A DNA stretch of 64,000 bases, taken from IMG/VR virus record IMGVR_UViG_3300010354_000047, positions 72,374-136,373 of that record, one strand, 5' to 3'. A model generated the notes under the pieces. The model was not told the DNA's origin, ran no database searches, and was given only the letters and a program-made list of their open reading frames with translations. Shown here piece by piece: positions 47,953 through 56,046 of the stretch; position 1 is the stretch's first letter, and each line of letters begins with the position of its first letter. The DNA comes from a virus. The position numbers and the translations under genes were made by a program.

Positions 47953-48695
47953 TGTACGGATCTTTCTCTCCTGAAGCCTTGCAGTTTTGGGACTTTGTTC
48001 GATGCCAAAGACCGAATGGGACCTTTTATGGGACTTCCGGTCGGTGTAAGTCCGGTGTCCAAGTTTCCTCAAAACCTCAAAAACTTTCCGGAAGCCTACT
48101 TGGGGCGGGAAAAGAGAGCAAAGTATATGACATTGGCAGGGACAGAGCACTCAAGGTGAGTACGGCAAACTATGAAAGTCTAGAAACACATCAGATTGCT
48201 TCTCAGCTCGGAGTCGCTCCAAGGCTGTACGCTCACGGAAAGATGCGTGATGGTAGAAACTTTCAGATCGTTGAGAAGGTTAAGACAAGCGATATCCATG
48301 GACTGGGACAACCCGGATCTAGGGCCAAGGAAATTGAAGACCTTGATGAAAATCAGCTATTTCGTGAAAAAGAGGCTTACAAAGCCAGTCTGAAACTTAA
48401 TGCGGGCGGGGTTGCGCACGGGGACCTCCACGGAGGAAATATAAAGTGGGACGAGAACAATCAGAAAGCTATCCTTCTTGATTTTGATAATGCCACTAAG
48501 AGCTGGAAGGACGCTCGCGCTGAAGCTGCGAGTACGCTAAATACCATAGGTATTCGCCTCGAGAACTCGGGATATTACGATGAGGCCGACGAGGTGTACT
48601 CAAAAAGTTCGATAATTTCCCGGATATCCTCGATAAAAATGTCAAAGGCTATCGAAGAGACTTCCGGTCTGCTAGATTCTGTTTTTCCGGGGTGA
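47952..48695 (+). CDS. Protein-kinase-like enzyme with WDFxRCxRPNG Cys module
   Basis: LGAGKESKVY, ALK, HGDLHGGNI, LDFD. Confidence 0.85.
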   Translation: MYGSFSPEALQFWDFVRCQRPNGTFYGTSGRCKSGVQVSSKPQKLSGSLLGAGKESKVYDIGRDRALKVSTANYESLETHQIASQLGVAPRLYAHGKMRDGRNFQIVEKVKTSDIHGLGQPGSRAKEIEDLDENQLFREKEAYKASLKLNAGGVAHGDLHGGNIKWDENNQKAILLDFDNATKSWKDARAEAASTLNTIGIRLENSGYYDEADEVYSKSSIISRISSIKMSKAIEETSGLLDSVFPG

Positions 48696-48698
48696 CGG

Positions 48699-48726
48699 GT
48701 TTACTCCCGTAGGGTCGAGCTATAGT
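48699..48726 (+). promoter_or_regulatory. Putative middle promoter GTTTAC-N16-TATAGT
   Basis: Intergenic, upstream of the small heat shock gene. Confidence 0.65.
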
Positions 48727-48779
48727 GGGTTTGTCGGGTTTCCCGACTCTCACACATTGCTTTTTAGCCCTGAGAACAA

Positions 48780-49169
48780 ATGACACGCAATTCTTCACTC
48801 GTTCCTAGCAGCAGTATCTTCGATAACTCCAGCCACGATTTGGTAGAGTTTTTGATGAATAGGGGTAGCTTTGGCTTCCCCTCTGAGACCTACTTTAGAT
48901 CCCGCTCCCTGGTCGTTAGACCGGTGAAGACAGAGGAGTCTGAAGCGATCATCGAGATTGAGACCCCTGGAATCAACCCCTCTGATATATCTGTTACAAT
49001 CGAAGGCAAGTCTCTTACGGTAAAGACACCAAGAGGTGATGCCTATGTGACTATTGGTCAGAGGTTAAAGTCTGAGGACGCTACTGCTTCCTTGAAGCAT
49101 GGCCTTCTCACGATCAGAGTTCCAAAAAGGGATTCTAAGATCGTAGAGGTCCAAGTTCACGAAGAGTGA
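48780..49169 (+). CDS. Small heat shock protein (Hsp20/alpha-crystallin)
   Basis: IETPGI...DISVTIEG..LTV ... ASLKHGLLTIRVPK. Confidence 0.9.
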   Translation: MTRNSSLVPSSSIFDNSSHDLVEFLMNRGSFGFPSETYFRSRSLVVRPVKTEESEAIIEIETPGINPSDISVTIEGKSLTVKTPRGDAYVTIGQRLKSEDATASLKHGLLTIRVPKRDSKIVEVQVHEE

Positions 49170-49178
49170 ATAGTTTCG

Positions 49179-49203
49179 GCCCCGCCTTTCGGTGGGGCTT
49201 TTT
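49179..49203 (+). terminator. Intrinsic terminator between convergent genes
   Basis: GCCCCGCC-TTTC-GGTGGGGC followed by TTTTT. Confidence 0.85.
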
Positions 49204-49363
49204 AGTATGCCATCAAAGCGTAGACTTCTTCCGCAGAGAGCCCACCATTTTTCTCAACTGCTTGAAGGATTTTCTCAGCCTTTTCATCAGCAGCAGGTGT
49301 GTTCATGCGAACGAGACCTTTTCTCTTTACCATTGCTCGAAAATTAGCGCTTTGTTCTTTCAT
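49202..49363 (-). CDS. 53-aa helical protein coupled to the kinase (not in ORF track)
   Basis: MKEQSANFRAMVKRKGLVRMNTPAADEKAEKILQAVEKNGGLSAEEVYALMAY; ATGA overlap with the kinase stop; ends at the terminator. Confidence 0.65.
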   Translation of the reverse strand: MKEQSANFRAMVKRKGLVRMNTPAADEKAEKILQAVEKNGGLSAEEVYALMAY

Positions 49364-50136
49364 TTTAGGTTCTGAATTTCTTGAAGGTACTCTTCTGCTA
49401 ACCTAACTTTCTTAGCCTTATTCGCTTTACTCGTTGATTTCGTGATCTTCTTATACTCTTCTAGGTATTTGTTGACAATCTGAAAGTACGGATCCGTAGA
49501 GAGTTCGGGATTGTCCCACCCAATTAGCTTCGCTATCTTTGACAAGTCCTGCAAAACTCGATTCGGCTGCACGGAGGTCTTAACAATCAATCCAAAGTCA
49601 ACCAGCTTCACATTGTTGTTGTCCACAAGAAACTGCTGACTATGTGCGTCACCATGGGCATAACCTATTCTATGCAGGTCTCGCAGAGCGTAAGCGGCTT
49701 TTCTAGCCTGGGTAGCATTCATGATAGCCTCCCCTTCTTCTTTCCCGAAACTCTTCCAAAGGGGTTTTCCTTTGGCTAATTCCATCTCAAGATGCTTCGG
49801 ACTTGAAGAAATAATTCTGGGGGAATGGCCTAACTCCCCCATGCGAGTCGCGACCTGAATCTCTTCGTCTCCAAACTCCGAAGACTCATCCTTCATAATC
49901 TTGACAACTCTCTTTCCGTCGGGGCTTATACGAACCTCCCCTTGGTAACCTTCCGCAAGTTTGTTCCAACTGCTGTAATCAGGCTCTTGGTTCAGTCTCC
50001 CTGAAGCTTGCTCCAGAACAGCTCCCCATTTTCCGGGGAGAGCTTTACGGCATTTTTTGCTGCTAGAAACGCAGGCTCCTCCGCAGCTTATGCCTTTTGA
50101 GCAGTTTAGCTTTCCTCTCACGATATTATAGCCCAT
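49360..50136 (-). CDS. Protein-kinase-like enzyme with N-terminal four-Cys module
   Basis: CSKGISCGGACVSSSKKC; LAEGYQGEV, VVK, HGDAHSQQ, DFG; alternative start GTG 50121. Confidence 0.82.
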   Translation of the reverse strand: MGYNIVRGKLNCSKGISCGGACVSSSKKCRKALPGKWGAVLEQASGRLNQEPDYSSWNKLAEGYQGEVRISPDGKRVVKIMKDESSEFGDEEIQVATRMGELGHSPRIISSSPKHLEMELAKGKPLWKSFGKEEGEAIMNATQARKAAYALRDLHRIGYAHGDAHSQQFLVDNNNVKLVDFGLIVKTSVQPNRVLQDLSKIAKLIGWDNPELSTDPYFQIVNKYLEEYKKITKSTSKANKAKKVRLAEEYLQEIQNLK

Positions 50137-50837
50137 CCATCATTCTCCCCATCTACCGTCCATCTCGAATCGAGAAGGTTCTTACTGTATTTCTTGGTCT
50201 TTCCGTCTATCTTTGGATAGGTTCCTGAAGCGTGATCAATTTCCCCCCACGGATCATGAACAATATACCAACAACCCCCTGGAGCTTTTGGATCCAGTTC
50301 CTTACCGATCACAATAAGCCAGTGCCCCCCACCAGAGGGACGAGATGCTGGACCTTTGTGTAGGATACCAATTGGAACAGGAATTCCTTTACTCAGTTGA
50401 GAGTCAAGAAGTGAAAAGGTACCATTTGTGACAAATTTCGCAGGTAAGCCAAAAGCTTTTAGCGTTTGAATTTGGATATGTGCGTCCGTAGTGTCACCTG
50501 ATTTGAAAACTTCTCGAACATATTTATCGTCCCCTCGAGAACCTGGAAGGGTCCCGGGCTTCATGGCCTCTAGAAGCATTGCGCAGCTGCTGGAAAAGCA
50601 AGTGCGATAGGCATCTCGATAGTTGTCCCTTTGGGAGAAGTAAGGGACTTTTAGCAGAATGTTCTTGTTCATGGGAGTCCTAAACTTTCTAACCCATTTC
50701 GCCTCATCAGTGAGAAGTTCAGAATCTGCATCTCTAACAGACTTTTCGAAATCCAAAAGGGCATCTTTTTGGTTAGGGTTCTCTGGTCTAAAGTTTGACA
50801 CAAAGTCCAACAACTTTCCAGGGGGAAAGGCAGGCAT
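50118..50837 (-). CDS. C39-like cysteine peptidase (putative cell wall hydrolase/endolysin)
   Basis: VPYFSQRDN..RTCFSSSCAM, GGGHWLIVIG, VHDPWG (Cys-His-Asp). Confidence 0.85.
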   Translation of the reverse strand: MPAFPPGKLLDFVSNFRPENPNQKDALLDFEKSVRDADSELLTDEAKWVRKFRTPMNKNILLKVPYFSQRDNYRDAYRTCFSSSCAMLLEAMKPGTLPGSRGDDKYVREVFKSGDTTDAHIQIQTLKAFGLPAKFVTNGTFSLLDSQLSKGIPVPIGILHKGPASRPSGGGHWLIVIGKELDPKAPGGCWYIVHDPWGEIDHASGTYPKIDGKTKKYSKNLLDSRWTVDGENDGWAIIS

Positions 50838-50858
50838 AGGGCTTGGGTGACTAACTTA

Positions 50859-50891
50859 GTTTACCCTCTCTCTTTGTGACTCCGGGTAAAA
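50859..50891. promoter_or_regulatory. Back-to-back late promoters GGGTAAAC (-) and GGGTAAAA (+)
   Basis: 29 nt before ATG 50837 (-) and 30 nt before GTG 50914 (+). Confidence 0.75.
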
Positions 50892-50913
50892 GTTATCAGT
50901 TTGATATGGAAAA

Positions 50914-51300
50914 GTGGATCGTAGAATTCGTTCAACGAATTCGAAACCACGAAATCGAAAAACTCTCGCCGACAAATGTGCAGAAACTATCGGAAGCTGG
51001 ACATTCATCGGAACACAAGCTTTCGGGTTGTTTCTCTGGATGAGCTTAAACGGGACAGGACTCCTAAGGCTCGACCCTTACCCTTTCATCCTTCTGAATC
51101 TTCTGCTATCCACCCAAGCTGCGTTCACAGGTCCAATCCTTCTCATGGCTTCAAATCGCCAGTCAGAAATTGACAGAAAACGAGACATAGCCCATTATGA
51201 ACTCGACCTTGAAGAGAAAGGTACCATAGACCAATTAGCTGTCGATCTAAGAAAGATAAACAAGAGACTCGAATCCCTTGAGGACAATGAGCACTACTAA
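50914..51300 (+). CDS. DUF1003-family membrane protein
   Basis: GSWTFI ... DPYPFILLNLLLSTQAAFTGPILLMASNRQ..DR. Confidence 0.85.
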   Translation: MDRRIRSTNSKPRNRKTLADKCAETIGSWTFIGTQAFGLFLWMSLNGTGLLRLDPYPFILLNLLLSTQAAFTGPILLMASNRQSEIDRKRDIAHYELDLEEKGTIDQLAVDLRKINKRLESLEDNEHY

Positions 51301-51523
51301 CCTTTCGGAAAGAAGATCCTTCAACACAGAGATTCGTGCCCCCTGGAATCCTGTAATTCACAATCTACTTAAGGCGATCGAGTATCATGTTCACTATGAT
51401 CTGGAGAAAGATAGCGAGTATCATCGACAGCAGGCAGCGGTACTAAGGAAATATGTGGCTAACTTGAAAGACTGGATTGAGAAAGAAGAAGATTTAGAAC
51501 GGGTAAAATCAGTGAAAGAGTAG
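51287..51523 (+). CDS. Small conserved cyanophage-type protein
   Basis: FNT.IR.PWNP.IH.LLKAI..H ... A..LR.YV..LKDWI. Confidence 0.65.
   Translation: MSTTNLSERRSFNTEIRAPWNPVIHNLLKAIEYHVHYDLEKDSEYHRQQAAVLRKYVANLKDWIEKEEDLERVKSVKE
51501..51508 (+). promoter_or_regulatory. Putative late promoter GGGTAAAA
   Basis: 32 nt before ATG 51533. Confidence 0.7.
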
Positions 51524-51532
51524 CTTACCCTC

Positions 51533-52771
51533 ATGTCTGTTATTGTCTTTCCGGACAGTCCTGTAAACGGTCAAATATACCCTCCAAAGCGCATTCCCGG
51601 AGTAAACCAGTATAAGTGGAACGCAAGCGCTTCGACTTGGGAAATCGTTTTAGAAATCGGAGCGCCAGGGCCAACGGGTCCGACTGGGCCGCAGGGGGCG
51701 ACAGGTGTGGCCGGGACAACCGGTTTGGTCGGAGCAACAGGTCCGACTGGGCCGCAAGGAGCGACAGGAACAAATGGAGCCTTTCTTCTTACGGTAAGTC
51801 CGAATGTTGGTTTGACTCTTGAGGATTACAATCTCTCAACCCTGTACAACACACTCGTCGACGATGAGGAGCTTAGCGTTTCCGTTGGAGGAGCTGAACC
51901 GACTCCAGCCTCAGAGTGGAAAGAGAAAAATTTGGTCGAAGTCCTAGATACCATTCTATTTCCTGTCCTTCAGCCGACCTATACTCTCCCCACAGTATCC
52001 CTCTCTGCTTCTCAATCGGGAATCAAAGAGATAGGCGCTCCCCTTACCCAAAATTTAACGATAACTGCTATCAAAAATGACGCCGGCATATTTACATCCT
52101 TAAATCTCCAGAGAAATGACACCATTATCGCTTCAGTTTCTGGCCCGATTGGCTCGCCTTATCCAAGTTTGCCAGCCCAATTTGGCTTCGCAGATCCGAA
52201 TAATCCCAACTTCTCCTACTCTCTTTCCTACTCTAACACACTAACTGTAACCACGGGGACAACGTCCTGGGATGGAGAAGGTTGCTTTAATGCGGGTTTA
52301 CCCAAAGATACGAACAAAGGTGACACCGATTCTCGACCAGCCCAATTACTATCTGTCAATGCTCGCCAGAGTTCAGGTTGCTTGAACTCATCCACAGTTT
52401 CGATTGAAGGAATTTATCCCTACTTCTGGGGAAAATCTGTGACAGCCCCCACAGCGGGATCCATCGCAGCGAGTATACAGGCAGGTACGGAAAACAAGGT
52501 TCTAGCGAGTGCAAGCACAGGTGTTTCGGCACAATTTGATGCAGCTGCCGAGTACATTTGGTTTGCTCACCCTGCGATTTACACTACGAAAACAATCTGG
52601 TTTAATACGCCCCTAAACCAAGGGTATATTGGACCAACAAACTTTATTAATGACCCGGTTACTCAGACTGTGACCTCCCCAAACGGTTATTGGGCGGGAA
52701 TCAGTTACAAGGTGTATGTTAGCAATTACGCAACAAACACAACCGGTACCATCCAGCTTCTAAACTCTTAA
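51533..52771 (+). CDS. Collagen-containing fibre protein
   Basis: FP.SP..GQ.Y...Y.WN...W anchor, about 13 GXY triplets, beta-rich C-terminal domains. Confidence 0.8.
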   Translation: MSVIVFPDSPVNGQIYPPKRIPGVNQYKWNASASTWEIVLEIGAPGPTGPTGPQGATGVAGTTGLVGATGPTGPQGATGTNGAFLLTVSPNVGLTLEDYNLSTLYNTLVDDEELSVSVGGAEPTPASEWKEKNLVEVLDTILFPVLQPTYTLPTVSLSASQSGIKEIGAPLTQNLTITAIKNDAGIFTSLNLQRNDTIIASVSGPIGSPYPSLPAQFGFADPNNPNFSYSLSYSNTLTVTTGTTSWDGEGCFNAGLPKDTNKGDTDSRPAQLLSVNARQSSGCLNSSTVSIEGIYPYFWGKSVTAPTAGSIAASIQAGTENKVLASASTGVSAQFDAAAEYIWFAHPAIYTTKTIWFNTPLNQGYIGPTNFINDPVTQTVTSPNGYWAGISYKVYVSNYATNTTGTIQLLNS

Positions 52772-52775
52772 CATA

Positions 52776-53489
52776 ATGAGTATTCATCTCAATGATAACT
52801 TATTCATTGAGGGGCCAAAGCCTATTGATGACAAGTATGGCCCATACTCGAGTGTTTCTCAGGCTCTTGAGGCCATTGAAACAATTGTACGCTACCGAGG
52901 TTTAACAGTCGGCGTCCTTCAATCTGGCTCCCTAAGAGAGTACTGGTTTCGGGACGGGATTGAGGACCTGAATCTCGTAGAGAAAGGAAATCAAGGGGCA
53001 ACGGGTGCCCCTGGGGAGCCTGGGCAAGACACCTTCGGGGCGATGGGGGCAACTGGCCCTTCCGGAGCGAGTGGCGTGAAAGGGGCGACGGGGGCGACGG
53101 GGGCGACGGGATTCGGAGCGACGGGGGCGACGGGACCTGTTGGTGAGATGGAGATAGCCTTCGCTGTCAATACGGATCCGTATCTCACTACAGGGACCAA
53201 AATAACTTTTTCAATGCCGTACACTCTCGTCGTGGGGAGAGTATTTTTGAGCACGGCGGAAATTCCTCGGCTTCAGCCTGTGATTGTAGACATCACTAAG
53301 AACGGTGTCTCCATTTTTTCGACGAAACCGGAAATTTCCTCGGATTTTACAATGGGTGGCTGGAACGCCTCCTTTTCCTCAGCGACTCTCGAGAAAAATT
53401 CCCAGATCCGAATAATCGTGAACCAGGTTGGAAGGCTTCCGGATACGGGAAACCGCCTTATGGTCTGGCTTCTGGGGGCAAAAGGTTGA
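52776..53489 (+). CDS. Short collagen fibre protein, HLNDN-anchor family, paralogue 1
   Basis: [27 protein letters not shown] triplets, C-terminal beta domain. Confidence 0.8.
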   Translation: MSIHLNDNLFIEGPKPIDDKYGPYSSVSQALEAIETIVRYRGLTVGVLQSGSLREYWFRDGIEDLNLVEKGNQGATGAPGEPGQDTFGAMGATGPSGASGVKGATGATGATGFGATGATGPVGEMEIAFAVNTDPYLTTGTKITFSMPYTLVVGRVFLSTAEIPRLQPVIVDITKNGVSIFSTKPEISSDFTMGGWNASFSSATLEKNSQIRIIVNQVGRLPDTGNRLMVWLLGAKG

Positions 53490-53498
53490 GTCGAACGC

Positions 53499-53506
53499 GG
53501 GTAAGA
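53499..53506 (+). promoter_or_regulatory. Putative late promoter GGGTAAGA
   Basis: Intergenic, 42 nt before ATG 53541. Confidence 0.55.
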
Positions 53507-53540
53507 TCAGCTATAGAGATTTCTATTTGGCCTACCTTGA

Positions 53541-54212
53541 ATGAGCATTCATCTCAATGACAACCTATTCATTGAGGGTCCGAAGCCTTTAGACGACAAG
53601 TATGGTCCGTACGAAAGTATATCTGCGGCCCTTTCAGCAATCGAACCCATTGTTCGTTCTCAAGGTTTGACTGCAGGAATTATTCTTGATGGCCAATTAT
53701 TTGAGTACTGGTTTCGAGAGGGAGTTCTTGACGAGGACTTTATAGAAAAAGTAGGAAGTGGCGCAACTGGAGCTACAGGTGCTACAGGTGCTACAGGAGT
53801 GGGAGTTTCGGGTGCCACTGGAATTTCGGGAGCGAATGGGGCCACAGGAGCGACAGGAGCGACCGGTTTCTCTGAAGTCGGAGCAACCGGGGCTACGGGA
53901 GCAATAGGAGGAGATCAGACCCTAAACTTTTACGTTAGTGGGAATGAGACAGACGAGCTCGTGTCCGGACTCATTTTCACTTTTCAAATCCCTTATGACT
54001 ATTCCGTGAGCGAGGTCTATCTGAGTCTCGCTTCTCCTCCAATCGGATATTCCGTATTCGTTGACGTTCGTGTTGAAGGAAATTCCATTTTTTCCTTTTC
54101 TCCGATCGAAATAGGTGCGGGGGAGTATTACGGCTGGTCTTCTGCTCTGGATATTACAACTTTTCCGGCTGAGTCCACTGTCGAGATATGGGTCGATTGT
54201 GTTCAAAGCTAA
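53541..54212 (+). CDS. Short collagen fibre protein, paralogue 2, C-terminally truncated
   Basis: Same anchor; ends WVDCVQS and lacks the last strand seen in its paralogues, which appears at 58443-58484. Confidence 0.75.
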   Translation: MSIHLNDNLFIEGPKPLDDKYGPYESISAALSAIEPIVRSQGLTAGIILDGQLFEYWFREGVLDEDFIEKVGSGATGATGATGATGVGVSGATGISGANGATGATGATGFSEVGATGATGAIGGDQTLNFYVSGNETDELVSGLIFTFQIPYDYSVSEVYLSLASPPIGYSVFVDVRVEGNSIFSFSPIEIGAGEYYGWSSALDITTFPAESTVEIWVDCVQS

Positions 54213-54315
54213 TGATTAACTTCATCACAAATGTGTCCGGAGAAAGTATGTGTGAGTCTAGCAGCAAAGACATCTCCACAAAGTAAAGGTTGGACTAATT
54301 TTACAAATTGATAAT

Positions 54316-55470
54316 ATGACAGCATCTGTAACGCCTCTTCTGGTATGGACAATTACGCCTCCTGAGCCAACATCTCCTCTTCAAGGTTCATATACTCTCG
54401 GGTATGAGTTTCAAACAGCAACAACTCAAAAAATTAATCATTTAGGGCTTTATCTTCCATCTACTTCATCTGGTTTCTCCAGTAGTCATACGATAACATT
54501 ATGGAATAGCAGCCAATCTGTTTTGGCTACAGCTACTGTTCCCGCTGGTCCTTGTGTTTCTATAGATTATTTTTGCTGGTTTCCGCTCGATGGTTCACCT
54601 GGCTTAGAGGTATCATTGCCTCCTGGGACTTACCGAGTTGGAGCATTTTATGACACCAACCCATCAGGATTCACCAACGATCCATTTGTTGCCCAAATCT
54701 CACCTTCTGGAATCGTTATCAATCCCAACCCTACTGTAAGTGGAAACTTTGTTCGTGGTTATGCTGGTGTGGGAAATGTTTACCCAAACCTTGGTGCAAA
54801 CACTTCTATTCGTAGTTATTTCGGCCCCAACGTTGGTTTTTTATCTGCAACTCCTTATTCAGGACCAACAGGACAACTTTGGCCTCTAGGTGTTCCAGAT
54901 CCTTTGCCGGTGAAATCTGATCCTTTAATGGTTTGGACTAACACTCCACCCTCACCATCAAAACTTCCATTTTCTGCAACTGTTGGTTTTGAGTTTCAAT
55001 TGGGGGCTACTAGAAGAGTTGAAGAACTTGGTATTTATGCCACACCTGTCGGTTTTACCAGCGAACATAAATTAACTCTATGGAATAGTTCACAAACTCC
55101 ACTCGCTACAGCAACTGTTTCAAGTGGAGTTCATACAACAACAGATTATTTTCACTGGGTTCCTATTGATGGCCCTCCAGGATCTTATGTGACTCTTCCT
55201 CCTGGTACATATCGTGTCGGGGCATTCTATGATGTTGATAATACAGGCTTCTCTAATGATGCTTTTATTGAACAAGTTTCAATATCATCTATTGGTGTAA
55301 ACCCTACTGTCTCAGCCAATTACATCATAGGATATTCAGGACCCGGTGACACTTATCCATCTTTTGCTGGAGATCCTAGCTTTAGGAGCTTTTTTGGTCC
55401 TAATGTAAGATTCAAACCAAAACCAACAGGGCAACTCTGGCCGATCGGTTCAATTTTTCCAGAGGAGTAA
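54316..55470 (+). CDS. Two-domain DUF4082-like adhesin with PTGQLWP tags
   Basis: Each domain: TLG(Y/F)EF...LG.Y...H...LW...LATATV...F.W...YR.GAFY...FGPN. Confidence 0.75.
   Translation: MTASVTPLLVWTITPPEPTSPLQGSYTLGYEFQTATTQKINHLGLYLPSTSSGFSSSHTITLWNSSQSVLATATVPAGPCVSIDYFCWFPLDGSPGLEVSLPPGTYRVGAFYDTNPSGFTNDPFVAQISPSGIVINPNPTVSGNFVRGYAGVGNVYPNLGANTSIRSYFGPNVGFLSATPYSGPTGQLWPLGVPDPLPVKSDPLMVWTNTPPSPSKLPFSATVGFEFQLGATRRVEELGIYATPVGFTSEHKLTLWNSSQTPLATATVSSGVHTTTDYFHWVPIDGPPGSYVTLPPGTYRVGAFYDVDNTGFSNDAFIEQVSISSIGVNPTVSANYIIGYSGPGDTYPSFAGDPSFRSFFGPNVRFKPKPTGQLWPIGSIFPEE
54864..54918 (+). repeat. Junction repeat A, copy 1 (55 bp)
   Basis: Identical to 56577-56631; encodes PTGQLWPLGVPDPLPVKS. Confidence 0.9.
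55409..55466 (+). repeat. Junction repeat B, copy 1 (58 bp)
   Basis: Identical to 57146-57203; encodes FKPKPTGQLWPIGSIFPEE. Confidence 0.9.
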
Positions 55471-55474
55471 TTAA

Positions 55475-56014
55475 ATGGCAACAATAAATCCATTACTTAA
55501 ATTTGATCCTCTCGTTTCACCAAATCAACAATCTGGACTTAGTTTTAACGCAACAGTTGGTTATGAATTTGGATTAGTTAGCGATAAAATAATCAATCAA
55601 ATAGGACTTTTTTATCCTACAGGGGGTTACACCCAAAATCATACTATAAAACTATGGGAAAATAATAATTCTTCTTCTCCTCTAGTAACAGTTACAATTA
55701 ATGCTGGAACATATTCAAACGTTGTTGATTACTTTTATTGGGTAAACATTTCTCAAATAACTTTGACTGGTTCTAATTATCGTATAGGAGCGTATTACGC
55801 AAGTAGTCCTTCTGCATTAGGGGACTTGTATGCTCGTAAGTATCCATTAGCAAATCTTTTAGTTCCAGAACCGAATACAATTTTTAATGGCGGATATCTT
55901 GCGTTTGGAGATGCATATCCAACAGTTAAAGCTACAGACCCAGTTGATGCTAGTTATTTCGGACCAAACATCTCTTTTAAAAAAGGTCCAACAGGGCAAC
56001 TATGGCCTGCATGA
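55475..56014 (+). CDS. Single-domain DUF4082-like adhesin
   Basis: Same domain pattern; ends PTGQLWPA. Confidence 0.75.
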   Translation: MATINPLLKFDPLVSPNQQSGLSFNATVGYEFGLVSDKIINQIGLFYPTGGYTQNHTIKLWENNNSSSPLVTVTINAGTYSNVVDYFYWVNISQITLTGSNYRIGAYYASSPSALGDLYARKYPLANLLVPEPNTIFNGGYLAFGDAYPTVKATDPVDASYFGPNISFKKGPTGQLWPA

Positions 56015-56046
56015 GTTCACAGAAGACTTTCACTCTTTAATATAAA

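Noticed and set aside
49166-49375. Plus-strand 69-aa ORF after hsp20
   Set aside because: It crosses a strong terminator and overlaps the better-supported minus-strand kinase partner ORF
54212-54286. 24-aa [15 protein letters not shown]... at the left edge of the array
   Set aside because: Too short and no similarity to other modules
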